64,000 nt of DNA from Macrostomum lignano (taxonomy: Eukaryota). The position numbers were made by a program, and so were the translations under genes. Location of the stretch: contig NIVC01000730.1 in NCBI GenBank assembly GCA_002269645.1, positions 191,975 to 255,974 of the forward strand, in the 5' to 3' direction. Positions 1 through 12,169 of the stretch are shown piece by piece (within the stretch, counting starts at the first letter, position 1; each line of letters starts with the position of its first letter). The notes under the pieces are model-generated. The model was not told where the DNA came from and made no database searches. It worked only from the letters and a program-made list of their open reading frames with translations.

Positions 1-469
1 GAAGTTTATTTGCGCGTATATATACTAATTTTTCTAAATATGGCGGACAATTTTAAACAAAAATACATAAAAGAATTTATTAGCAGCAAAGTTACAGTAT
101 AAAACCAGTTATTTATTTACGTATACTTACTTCTTGATAATGCTAAAATTAATAATGACAAAAACAATGAATTTACGTAAAAAACGAGAAAAGCTAATGT
201 ATTTAAGCAACTTGGTTACTAGTAAGGCAAAATGAACTGCAAAAATATCAGGCTTGGCAAAAGGTTTACAAAAATAGCACTGGCACAAAACTGACTCATC
301 ACATGAACGCTGTACTGTACTGTTGAGTTTGTTTTGAGCATTCATGATCTCCAATATAAGTACCCTTAGACCCAAAGGTTAGTAAATAAACAGTGCCTAA
401 AAATAGAAGCAATAAACGCGTAATGTGCAAACCAACTTGAATATACTGTGCAAATTCAACAAAAATCAA

Positions 470-1310
470 CTCAAATATCTCACGAACGGTGGCGTCTTTG
501 GCGACGCCTGAGGTGTCATTTTAAAGCTGGGACATGCGTAAAAGAGCGAGTTAAATTTCATCGGAATTGACTGAAAAACACAGGTGGAGCACGTGCACAA
601 AGATTGGGAATACATTTGATTTATAAGGTGAATGTCTGTACACGCCGAGCAATGTTTCGAGTCAAATATCTCACGAACGGTGGCGTCTTTGGCGACGCCT
701 GAGGTGTCATTTTAAAGCTGGGACGTGCGTAAAAGAGCGAGTTAAGTTTTTTGTTTCGTAAGCAAAAAATGGTGTCACAATTTCTTGGCGTATATTTCGA
801 CATACAACGTCAAGCGTTATTGACTCAAAAGCAAAGCACACTTTAGAGTCGAATATCTCAGGAAATACTGTTTCTTTTTCAGCTTCAATGGTGTCATTCT
901 AAAGCTGGGATGTGCGTAAGAATGGAACTATAAATTCATTTAATTTGAGAGCGAAATGGAGTTCTGACATCAGCAAATATGCGCTGTTTCTTGACTTGCC
1001 TTCAAAAAAGCAAATCGCCAAGCACACTTTAAAAGAAAATAATTCAAGAAGTAAAGTATTTTATTAGACGCGTGATGCGGCATTTTACAGCTGAAACATG
1101 CGTAAGAGTTAGTCCATTGTCTTTTTGGGATACGGGGCACATTTATGGGATGTAAAAATTGAATCATTTTCAGAAAACGTTGAAGAGATGCTGAATCAGG
1201 GTGTTGCCAAGCAATCTTTGAAACAATGCACTTCGTAAAGTTTTTTATTTTATAAAACAAATTTGGGCTCATTTGATTGCAAACACATGCGTAAACATCT
1301 GCCAAAAATA
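470..1310. repeat. Degenerate ~190-bp tandem repeat, ~5 units
   Basis: Anchor RTGCGTAA recurs at 534, 725, 912, 1098, 1287 (spacing 186-191). The first two units share ~80 bp almost exactly (474-553 vs 665-745); later units are more diverged. Confidence 0.75.
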
Positions 1311-2043
1311 CGGTTCCGTTTGGTCCATTTTGTTAAAAGTAGTAGATGATCGTTTTGAATATCTGTCTGAATATCTGTCGGGAAACTGAGGTCGAGGCGG
1401 AGAAAGAAAATAAAAATTTGAAAAAGTTAAAATTGGGTTGTTCGGGTTTTTCTTCGAAACCGGTTAGCGTTGCGTTCGCACGAATCAAGCCGGAAATCGC
1501 ACAGATGAATCGCAACGAAATTCTTCTCCTGTTTTACTCCGACAGCCGGGGTCCTCAAGTCCGGGGGGAGGGTAGTCGTAATCGTATCGGAGCGGTCGTG
1601 TAGCGGCGAGGTCGTTCAAATTGATGAAACACTGTAATCGGAGATTCCTGACTCCGTAAAATAATGCGTCGAATAGCTGAGTTTGTTACTTTCAGTAGGG
1701 TAGTTGCTGCCACCACCGTAATTTACGTATTACGGAACGGATAAGTCTCAGAGCTATCTTTGAGATGAGAACTTGGTTATTTTACGCCCCACGGGCAAAT
1801 GACTCAAATAAATACTATGGCAATTATAGTTTAATGAATAAATGGGGCTTATCGTTTATTAAATGTTCCTTAAGATGGAATTGAGCAGGCTTACTAATTA
1901 TTATTAAAATATTAATGACTACGAGCGAGTGTAATTCGTCGGCGGCGCCGGATAATTATAAACTGGTTAAAACGAGAGAAATGCGCAGAGGAAAATGTTT
2001 AAAACAGAGCCAGAGTCGAGCAGAGGGGAAAAACCTTCTTACA

Positions 2044-2990
2044 TTATCGCACCAAAAGGTAGGGTTTATATAATAGGTAAAAGTAGCTCTCCCGCTGGAG
2101 CAGCGTCGGGACTAAGCAATGGGGGCGCACCGCACAAGCGCTGGATCGAGCAAAAATAAACCGTGGGGAGCGCATTCCAACAAATGAACCAGCACCTGGG
2201 AACGAACGCGCACCGCGTGGAAAATACAATGGAAAACGCAATGGACGCAAATCCAGACTCTGGAGGGCAAACAAGGGAACACCACACGGGCAGTTCCGTC
2301 AGGCAAAATTGTCACCGTTTCGAACTTCAAATCAATAGTGGCATCCGCCTGCGCCACAAAACCCTCACATGCTGTAGGCCTACAGTAGTTGAGCTGCTAT
2401 TTATATATATAAAGACTTTTCTTTCCCACTTTTGTAGAAACCAAGGGCTAGGTATTGAGCATTAGCCACTCAACTCAAGGGCCAGATAAGGTTTCAGTCT
2501 AAGACCATGGGCCACAGGGGCACACCAATGCTGCCACTAGCGTAAATATTGTAAGATCCACAATAAAGGGCTTTTCGGGTCCCATACAAATCAATAACAC
2601 TATCTCTATTAGTCAGATATTTTAATGTCTAAATAATAGGACTCAATGGTAGCAAATGGCCTAGGTAGTATAATCCTAGCATTGACTGAATTAGTCCATG
2701 CTTAAATGTGTCTAAATTAGAAGAATAAGAAGATTCTAACTTTGACTCTCTTTACTAACTAATGTGGTAGTGCAGATAGTGGCAATTTTAAGTCTTATGC
2801 TTGAAGCAGTAATAGGACCTGCTACTAATCTACACTTTTACTAGCTAGTTCTTAGGATTGCATACAAATGCTAGGCCTACATTATGCAGATCTCTCCCAC
2901 ACTTATGCCACATTTATTTATGACATCTTGATTATAATGCTTTAATTTTGCTTTTTATTTTAGTGCTTTATCAATATTAAATTGCTACTA
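2044..2990 (-). pseudogene. Possible decayed coding remnant of unknown family
   Basis: The CpG-rich part (2044-2360) has open minus-strand frames, e.g. AQADATIDLKFETVTILPDGTARVVFPC...CVHC...H. The adjacent CpG-poor part is stop-ridden. No family recognised. Confidence 0.2.
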
Positions 2991-3210
2991 GCAATCTACG
3001 CCCCCCGTTGGGGAGCCAAAGAAATGCAATACACGTTTTTTATAAGCTACATATATCCTTGAAATCTTAAAAAATATCCTGTCAAACCTTGTAAGCCTTG
3101 ACATGTCAATAATTCCCCCCCCCACAAGCTTTAACACATCAACTTCCCCCCTTGACATCTCAGCAATGCCCCCAATAAGCCTTGGAAATCTAAAAATATC
3201 TGTCAACCTT

Positions 3211-3266
3211 CTAACCCTAACCCTAGCCTAACCCTAACCCTAACCCTAACCCTAACCTAACCCTAA
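3211..3266 (-). repeat. Interstitial telomeric repeat (CCCTAA)n, ~9 units
   Basis: ctaaccctaaccctagcctaaccctaaccctaaccctaaccctaacctaaccctaa read directly. Confidence 0.9.
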
Positions 3267-4180
3267 AGCATTGAAATTTCAGTAATTCTCTCTGAGAGTC
3301 ATTATAGCACTACTACAGCATTATAGCGATTCCCTGCAAGTCTCGACATCGTTGGGATTCCCAAATGAATCTCTTAACTTCGACATGAAGCTTCTTTTAT
3401 TTTTTACATTACGCTTTTTTATCAGCGATCCCTCCCCTGAGGAGGCATCAAATAATGTAATAAAAAGTTTTCAATAAACTATATGTAGCTTCTGACTTTA
3501 GCCTTGAAATCTCATTTATACCCCCGTGAGCCTTGACATCTCAGCTATTCCCCCGTAAGCCTTAACATGTCAGCGATGGCCCCCATAAACCTTGAAATCT
3601 AAAAAATCCCCTGTTATTCTGTTAACCTTGAAACCCGATAAAATATAACCCTCAACCCACACCTGACCTAAACCTAACTTTAACCCAACCTAAAGCCTTG
3701 AAATCTCAGCAATTCTTCTCCCCTAAGCCTTGACATTTTAGTGATTCGATCCTTCTTTAAGAATCACAGCACTATAACGATTTCCACCAAGCTTTGACAT
3801 CGTAGCAATTCCCAAATGAATCTTTTAACTTCGACATGACTTTTCTTTTATGTATACGTAGTGCTACTTAGTGCTACTAGCTGATAGACTCTGCTTCTAT
3901 CAGCGCCCCCCCCGTGGCGAGCCAACAAAGAATGCAATAAAAAATTGAGTAAAGTACATGAACTTTGAAGTAGCTTCTGACTTTTGCTTTGACATCTCAG
4001 AAACCCCCCCCCGTAATCTCAGTTTTTCTCTAAGAGCCTTGACGTCTCAGTAATTCTCCCCAGCACAGCATTATAGCTTCATTTAATTTTTACATGACAC
4101 CCTTCATGTCTGACATGACGCTTCTTTTATTCTAGCATGATGCTTCTTATAATATTTTAAATGACACTTTCATTAGTTTT

Positions 4181-6090
4181 TAAATGAGGCTTCTATGATT
4201 TTTTCATGACGCTTCTATGATTTTTTACATGACGCTTCTATGATTTTTTACATGACGCTTCTATGATTGTTTACATTACGCTTCTATGATTGTTTACATG
4301 ACGCTTCTATGATTTTTATATGACGCTTCTATGATTGTTTACATAGCGCTTCTATGATTGTTTACATGACGCTTCTATGATTTTTAAATGACGCTTCTAT
4401 GATTTTTTCATGACGCTTCTATGATTGTTTACATGACGCTTCTATGATTGTTTACATGACGCTTCTATGATTTTTATATGACGCTTCTACGATTTTTTAC
4501 CTGGCGCTTCTATGATTGTTTACATGACGCTTCTATGATTTTTAAATGAGGCTTCTTTATTGTTTACATGACGCTTCTATGATTGTTTACATGACGCTTC
4601 TATGATTTTTTACATGACGCTTCTATGATTCATTACATGACGCTTCTATGATTTTTTACATGACGCTTCTATGATTTTTATCTGACGCTTTTACGATTTT
4701 TTACATGGCGCTTCTATGATGGTTTACATGACGCTTCTATGATTGTTTACATAGCGCTTCTATGGTTGTTTACATGACGCTTCTATGATTTTTTACATGA
4801 CGCTTCTATGATTTTTTCATGACGCTGCTACGATTTTTTACATGACGCTTCTATGATTGTTTACATGACGCTTTTGTGATTTTTACATGACGCTTCTATG
4901 ATTTTTTACATGACGCTTCTATGATTTTTTCATGACGCTTCTATGATTTTTTACATGACGCTTCTATGATTTTTTACATGACGCTTCTATGATTGTTTAC
5001 ATGACGCTTCTATGATTGTTTACATGACGCTTCTATGATTGTTTACATGACGCTTCTATGATTTTTTAAATGACGCTTCTATGATTGTTTACATGACGCT
5101 TCTATGATTGTTTACATGACGCTTCTATGATTGTTTACATGACGCTTCTATGATTTTTTATATGACGCTTCTATGATTGTTTACATGACGCTTCTATGAT
5201 TGTTTACATGACGCTTTTGTGATTTTTACATGACGCTTCTATGATTTTTTACATGACGCTTCTATGATTTTTTCATGACGCTTCTATGATTTTTTAAAAA
5301 TGACGCTTCTATGATTTTTATATAACGCTTCTGCGATTTTTTACATGGCGCTTCTATGATTGTTTACATGACGCTTCTATGATTTTTTAAATGACGCTTC
5401 TATGATTTTTTAAATGACGCTTCTATGATTTTTTACATGGCGCTTCTATGATTGTTTACATGACGCTTCTATGATTTTTGACATGACGCTTCTACGATTT
5501 TTTACATGGCGCTTCTATGATTGTTTACATGACGCTTCTATGATTTTTTATATGACGCTTCTATGATTGTTTACATGACGCTTCTATGATTTTTTATATG
5601 ACGCTTCTATGATTGTTTACATGACGCTTGTATGACTGTTTACATGACGCTTCTATGATTGTTTACATGACGCTTCTATGATTGTTTACATGAAGCTTCT
5701 ATGATTGTTTACATGACGCTTCTATGATTTTTTATATGACGCTTCTATGATTGTTTACATGACGCTTCTATGATTTTTTATATGACGCTTCTATGATTGT
5801 TTACATGACGCTTCTATGATTGTTTACATGACGCTTCTATGATTGTTTACATGACGCTTCTATGATTGTTTACATGAAGCTTCTATGATTGTTTACATGA
5901 CGCTTCTATGATTTTTTAAAAATGACGCTTCTATGATTTTTATATAACGCTTCTGCGATTTTTTACATGGCGCTTCTATGATTGTTTACATGACGCTTCT
6001 ATGATTTTTCAAATGACGCTTCTATGATTTTTTACATGGCGCTTCTATGATTGTTTACATGACGCTTCTATGATTTTTACACGACGCTTC
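4181..6090. repeat. 23-bp satellite array (TGTTTACATGACGCTTCTATGAT), ~80 units; copies at 13071-14976 and 21960-23856
   Basis: Period 23 (range 22-25) read directly. Confidence 0.97.
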
Positions 6091-6269
6091 TTTTTAAAAA
6101 GTCTTTTAGTTTTCCTGACGTTGAAAAGCTTTAATTAAAGAAATTATACTCTATGAAAATTCGAACCATCGTTGCTGCATTTAGCAGTTCAGTTTGTTCA
6201 CCTCTAGGCTAGCTCTCATCGTTTTGATATCATCAAATTTTTCACTTATATAATTTAACACTTTAAAAT

Positions 6270-6710
6270 CCAAGCATAAAGTAAATCACACGAAGCAGTT
6301 ATGACATAATCAGTTTCTCAGTCAGTCAGTATCAGTTAACAATATGGTTACGCAATTTAAATCAAGTCTGGTGCTACGCTTCCACACTGTATTTTCAATT
6401 CAAGTCGGAGTTACAATTCAGTTATGATGCAATCTATTTCAGAATCAGAATTCAACCAGTCAGTTTTTTCTCTAGCATTCTTAGAATGTATTTTTCAAGT
6501 CGAAAGAGCTGCTTGACCTTTGCAAAAAAGCATGTTTTTCGAATATTTAATGCCTTAAGCATCGAGCAATTTCTTAGCCACGATGCATGTACAGTCACGG
6601 GAAAATTTCTGATCGAACAGTGCAAGTTCGAACAAAATCGGTCCAGCCATTTTTTCTCTAATCGATCACATAGATAGATAGACACAGACAGACAATTTTT
6701 AGTATATAGG
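6270..6710 (+). mobile_element. Helitron/Helentron-derived non-autonomous (HINE/DINE-1/Lep1-like) segment; copies at ~15155-15596 and ~24035-24476
   Basis: 3' end reads aaaatcggtccagcc...(gata/gaca)n microsatellite...tttagtatatagg, abutting an ACTAGC...ccccccg.tggggagcc head at 6711. Similar heads occur at 2987 and 3876. Family assignment is from remembered architecture, not a search. Confidence 0.5.
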
Positions 6711-7224
6711 ACTAGCCATTTAGCCCCCCGCTGGGGAGCCTTAAAAATGACACCCCAGCATTTAAAATGAAAGTGGTTTTTATTTTGGCCCAAGAGTATA
6801 TAACCTTACTAATTATCCAAAATGTTGATTTCCATTCATCAAAAATTACTTTTTTTGATTTTTGGCAAAGATAAATTGCCATGAATCAAAACTTTCACCA
6901 GCCAAAAAAGTTTCCGACATCAGCCTAAAACCCTTTCTCAATCAGCGAATAATGCCTATCCTTTCAAGCACAAACTCTTAGTGCATATCGTCATTGGCCT
7001 GGGCATATTCTGATCCGCAGCAAATATGCAAATCATTGACGGCCTTAGACCCTCTTTTAATTAGCCTACATCAAAGAATGAAACCTTTAATAGATGCGCT
7101 GGTATGTCCTATTAGCAGAAATCAGCATCACTTGTGTGTACAATTTCATTATCTGAATTACATTAGGTACTTCAGCCGTACTACCTGACTATCTGACAAT
7201 CGCCCAACAACCTAACATCCCCCA

Positions 7225-9240
7225 ACAATTCAGCCATCGTCCATGAGCCTTGGCATCTTAGCAATTCCCCTCCCCCCCAGTAAGCCTTGACATATCAGCA
7301 ATTCTCCCAGTAAGCCTTTACATCTCAGCAATTCCCCCAGTAAGCCTTGAAATCTCACCAATTCCCCCAGTAAGCCTTGACATCTCAGCAATTCCACCAG
7401 TAAGCCTTGACAAGAATTGCTAAGAATTGCTAAGAATACTTGGCTAACAATTGCTAATACTTGCAAGAATTGCTGAGAAGCCTTGAGATCTCAGCAGTTC
7501 CCCCAGTAAGCATTGATATCTCAGCATTCCCCCAGTAAGCCTTGAAATCTCAGCATTCCCCCAGAAAGCCTTCACATCTTAGCAATTCCCAGTAAGACTT
7601 GACAATTCATCAATTCCCCCAGAAAGCCTTGACATCTCAGCAGTTCCCCCATTAAGCATCGACATCGCAGAAATTAAACTCGAGCCTTGACATCTACGCA
7701 GTTCTCTCAGCCGAGTAAGCCTTGACATCCCAACAACTCAACTCCCCTCCCCCAAGAATTCAGCAATCCCCTTATGAGCCTTGATATCTCAGCAATTTCT
7801 TCATGAGCCTTGTCAACTCAGCGATTCCATCCATGAGCTTTGATATCTTAGCAACTCCCATCTTAGCAAGTCTTTAGTTGATGGCAAGTCCTTGGTTGAT
7901 GGTTAACAGAGTGGTTATTCTATGATTAAACCAAAACTGACCCTAAGCCCCTAACCCTAACCCATAAGTGAGTCTTGGCATGTTAGCAATCTCCCCCGTG
8001 AGCCTTGAGCCTGAGCATTTAAGTAACTTCCTCATAAGCTTTGAAATCTAAATTTCACCGAAAGCCTTAAACTGTCAGCAATTTCCGAAGAGCCAAGGCA
8101 TATAACTAATTCGACCCTTTAATCTTAGAAATTCCTTAATGAATCATTTATGATTGACACGACGATGGCTCTATAATTGAACTCAAACCCTAACCCTTAA
8201 CCTGCAGCCGAGTCACAGCATTTCAGCAACTCCTTCTCAGCTCAAGAATGTCAGAAATTCCCCAATGAGCTTTTGAAATCTTAGCAATTTTCCCATGAGC
8301 ATGAAAATTTAGCGACTAACCTTTTGATATCTTGGCACTTTCACACGAGTCTTATGATTGAACCCTAACCCTGCCAAGTCACAGCATTTCAGCAATTCCC
8401 ACTATGAACCACAGCATTTCAACAATTACCCAATGAACCTTGACATTTCCTGAATTTCAGCTATTCCCTTTAGGAGCCTTTGAAATCTCAGCCATTCCCC
8501 TGTGAACCTTAGTATCTCAGCAATACCTAAGAGTCACAGCCTACAGCATTACAGGGATCCCCCGTGAGCTTTGAAATCTCAACTATTCCCCAATGAGCCT
8601 TGATATCTCAGCAACTCCTATTTGAGGCAATATCCCCATGTTTTGCAATCACAGCAATTCCCCCTGAGCCTTGAGCCACAGTATATTTCAGATACCCCCC
8701 ATGAGCCTTGACATTCCCTAATGAGTATTTTATGTAAGACAGGCCTATTCATTTATATGGTTTACGTCTTACTCTTACCCTAAAAATGTCGGCAATTCCC
8801 CCAAGAGCCACAGCATTCCAGAAATTATCTCCATGAGCCTTGACAGCAAATAATTTTAATGAGCCTTGATACCTCAGCAATTTCTCAAATGAACTTTGAA
8901 ATCAAAGCAATTCTGCCCAGAATCACATCAGTATATGAATTTCCCTCTGAGCCTTGACAAGACATCTCCGAATTTCTCCCATGGGCCTTGATCTGGCCCA
9001 TGGCCCAGTAAGCCTTGAAATCTCAATAATTCCCTAGTAAGCCTTGACATCTCAGAAATTCCCTCATTAAGATCGACATCGCAGCAATTGAACTCAAGCT
9101 TTGAAATCAAAGCAATTCTCCCCAGAATCACTGGAATCGAATCCCCAGAATCGCTGAGCCTTGAGATCTTAGAAATTCTCCCATGAGTCTTGATATCACA
9201 GAAATTTCCCATACCAGCCTTGAAATCTTAGCAATTCACA
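7225..9240. repeat. Degenerate ~30-bp minisatellite field (agccttgacatctcagcaattcccc) with CCCTAA patches; copies at ~16111-18125 and ~24991-27002
   Basis: Dozens of variant units. The same family occurs at 3040-3200, 3480-4070, 45771-46636 and 54752-54783. Confidence 0.85.
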
Positions 9241-9399
9241 TTGAGTATTTTATTCTCGACAGACAGCTTTTTTTATGGTTGACATGGTGATTCTTTTGTC
9301 GCTTTTTCTTGTGTTGAGTTTTTTTCTGTATAAAGTAGCATTTATTAAAATCTTACTTTTCAATTAATTACTCAGAAAAACAAAGAAAAAACAGGTAAA

Positions 9400-9728
9400 C
9401 ACTTTAGCAATGGTTTACCATCACTTTAGCAATGGTTTACCATCACTTTAGCAATGGTTCACCAGCAGTTTAGCAATGGTTTAGCATCACTTTAGCAATG
9501 GTTCACCAGCAGTTTAGCAATGGTTTAGAATCACTTTAGCAATGGTTCACCAGCAGTTTAGCAATGGTTCACCAGTAGTTTAGCAATGGTTCACCATCAC
9601 TTTAGCAATGGTTTACCATCACTTTAGCAATGGTTTACCATCACTTTAGCAATGGTTCACCAGCAGTTTAGCAATAGTTCACCAGCAGTTTAGCAATGGT
9701 TCACCAGCAGTTTAGCAATGGGTTCACC
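9400..9728. repeat. 22-bp minisatellite (TTTAGCAATGGTTCACCAGCAG / ...TTTACCATCAC), ~15 units; copies at 18284-18612 and 27161-27489
   Basis: Period 22 read directly. Confidence 0.95.
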
Positions 9729-10827
9729 GGCACTATTCCGCAAAATCTGCATAGGATACAATCATTATTGTCACAGGTCACAAAGATAAATTCGCTGCTT
9801 CAATGCAGGCTCGAACTGCTGACATCAAAGCATTCTGCTTAGCTTCTGCCGGATACTGCCTGCCTACTGCGGCTGTTTTGCCTATTGACATGTGGTCGAA
9901 ATAATCTAGTTTAGCAACTTCAGCCGTTTGAAGTTAACCCCCAGAAATAGGCATTTATCCCTACAACAACCTGAAATTATTTCTGCATTAATCCCGCAAA
10001 AAGACTGCAGTTATTTCTTAGCAGCCGGCATTTATCATCCACTTTTTTTAAAACTTTTATTAAAATTAAGAATGCATGCCCTCAGCGGCATAGAATTGTC
10101 CCCTTAGCCAAAAATATTTCACTTAGCAGCCGCAGAAATCCCCTAAACAACTTGTACTTAATCTTCCACAGTAAATATCCACTCAAAACTCAATAGTTAG
10201 TTATAAGCCTCAGAAGTCTGCCATTATCCTTTAATTAGTCCGCAGTTTTCCCTCTCAGCAGTCTGCAGCTATACGCTCATACGTCTGGAGGAACTACCTC
10301 AGCAGTTTGCAGTTGTTTCCACTTTGCAATCTGCAATGATCCCTTCGACAGTCTGCAGTTCCCCTCAGCAGTCTGCAGTCATTTCATTTTCAGTCTACAA
10401 GTGTTCAATTAACAATTTTCAGTCATCCTCTCAGCAGCCTGCAGTTCTTCTCTCAGCCGGCTCCTCAGTCTCCTCTGCAAACTGCAATTTGCTCAGAATT
10501 GTACGGCTCACTAATCAATTTTCGATACATATCGGCAGTTTTGAAAATCTCAGCATTTAGCAATACCTTCAGCAGTTTTTTTCAGAATCGTCTGCAGTTT
10601 AGCAATTTCATACTTTCATGGAGCTAGGCAATATACCCATTGATGGGATCAGTACGCTCGTAATACATGTACTTGAAGCAGTTTCTACAAATCAAATTTG
10701 CTTATCGACTTGTGCCAAACAGCAAAAATACGTGTAGTTCATTAAGTGTGCCTTGTTAATTAAGCATAAAAGTTTCAATTAGTCGAAGCACAAGCTAAAA
10801 TAAATAATTAGTTCAATTTTAATTGTC

Positions 10828-10907
10828 CGCTGCGAGGTAGACTCGAACCTGGGACCTTACGCCTATCCTAAAACTGGTCCTAGTGCCTACAGTGCGGCTA
10901 CTCCGCC
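10828..10907 (-). mobile_element. tRNA-like/SINE head a (copies 19712-19791, 28588-28668)
   Basis: Minus strand GGCGGAG-TAGCCGCACTGTAGG (A-box-like) ... GGTTCGAGTC (B-box); the cloverleaf does not close properly. Confidence 0.5.
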
Positions 10908-11430
10908 TATTGATCGGAGGGCGACAAAATCAGCCATATATGCTTTGGCATTGCAGTCAAATACACAGCAGTGATAGGCTGCTTAGTGCACGGGTTGTAT
11001 GCAGGCAGAGCCAATGCGCAGTTAAGTAAAATCTATAAATTAGATTTAAGTCTGGAGGAACTAATTCACAGTCTGCAGTTCTTCTCTGGCCGGCACCTCA
11101 ATCCCCTCAGAAAACTGCAATTTGCTCAGAATTGTACGGCTCACTAATCAATTTTCGATACATATCGGCAGTCTTGAAAAGCTCAGCATTTAGCAGCATT
11201 GTCTGCAGTTTAGTAATTTCGTACTTTTATGGAGCTAGACAATACCCATTGATGGATCAGTTATACTCGAAGCAGTTTTTACAAATCAAATTTGATTAGT
11301 GGCTAGTGCCGAGTAGCAAAAAATGAATTGCTAATTAATAAAAAAATGTTTCAATTGAAATTAAATAAAAAATGTTTCAATTTGTCCAGGCACAAGCTAT
11401 AAATTATTGAATTATTTTAATTTTAATTAT

Positions 11431-11513
11431 CCACCGGGGAGGCAGACTCGAACCTTGGACCTTACGTCTAGCCTAAACCTAGTCCTAAGTGCCTACACTG
11501 CGGCTACTCCGCC
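11431..11513 (-). mobile_element. tRNA-like/SINE head b (copies 20316-20398, 29193-29275)
   Basis: Diverged paralogue of head a inside an older ~600-bp internal duplication; A-box-like and GGTTCGAGTC B-box retained. Confidence 0.5.
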
Positions 11514-12120
11514 TATTGATGGGAGGACAACAAAATCAGCCATATATCCTTCAGAACTGCAGTTAAAATACATAGCAGTGATAGGCTGCTCAGTGTGTAG
11601 GCGTGCAGGCGGAGCCAATGCACAGTTGATTGAGTGAAATCTATAAATAGCAATTTTCTATGGAGTCCGCCAGTCAGAGCCAGGGTCAGAATGTACACAC
11701 GCAGCCACTGAGCATTTTTTCTCCTTGCACACTGCAACCAGTATTGAAGCTTACACAGTGGAGAGAGAAAAGTTATGGCGCAATCATAATTGGAATTGGA
11801 ATTCAGCCAGTCCAGTCAAGAATTCAACCTAGTTTGCCCTACCATTAAAAGCATTGGGAAAACTCGTTTTTCGAATATTTAATACCTTTAGCATTAAAGC
11901 CGATTAAAGAAATTTTAACTGTCTTCTTTCCAGATAATTACAAATCTTTTTGTAAAAACGCGATTAAAATTGGTCAATTGGTTCTATCTCTAGAACGTTA
12001 TGCAAATACCAACACAAATTCTCTTCGAGTGAAAGCCACACGAAGCAGCTATGACATAATCAAATACTCAGGCAGTCAGCATCAGTCTCAATTAAAGTTA
12101 GCAATATGGTTACGCAATTT

Positions 12121-12169
12121 ATTATTATTATTATTTATTTTTATTATTTATTATTATTATTAATTATTA
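12121..12169. repeat. (ATT)n-rich junction filler 1
   Basis: 49-bp A/T-only insert between unit 1 end and unit 2 start; absent from both outer breakpoints. Confidence 0.9.

Larger units (their letters stand above)
3278..12120. repeat. Tandem triplication unit 1 (~8.85 kb, non-coding macro-repeat)
   Basis: Begins ttcagtaattctctctgagag and ends ggttacgcaattt. The same ORF-track entries recur at offsets of ~8,885 and ~17,765. Confidence 0.97.

Noticed and set aside
11455-11485. Possible ochre-suppressor tRNA (CTAG-gtttagg-CTAG stem-loop with TTA anticodon) in tRNA-like head b
   Set aside because: Spacing from the D-arm is wrong, the acceptor stem does not pair, and the stem is not conserved in paralogous head a.
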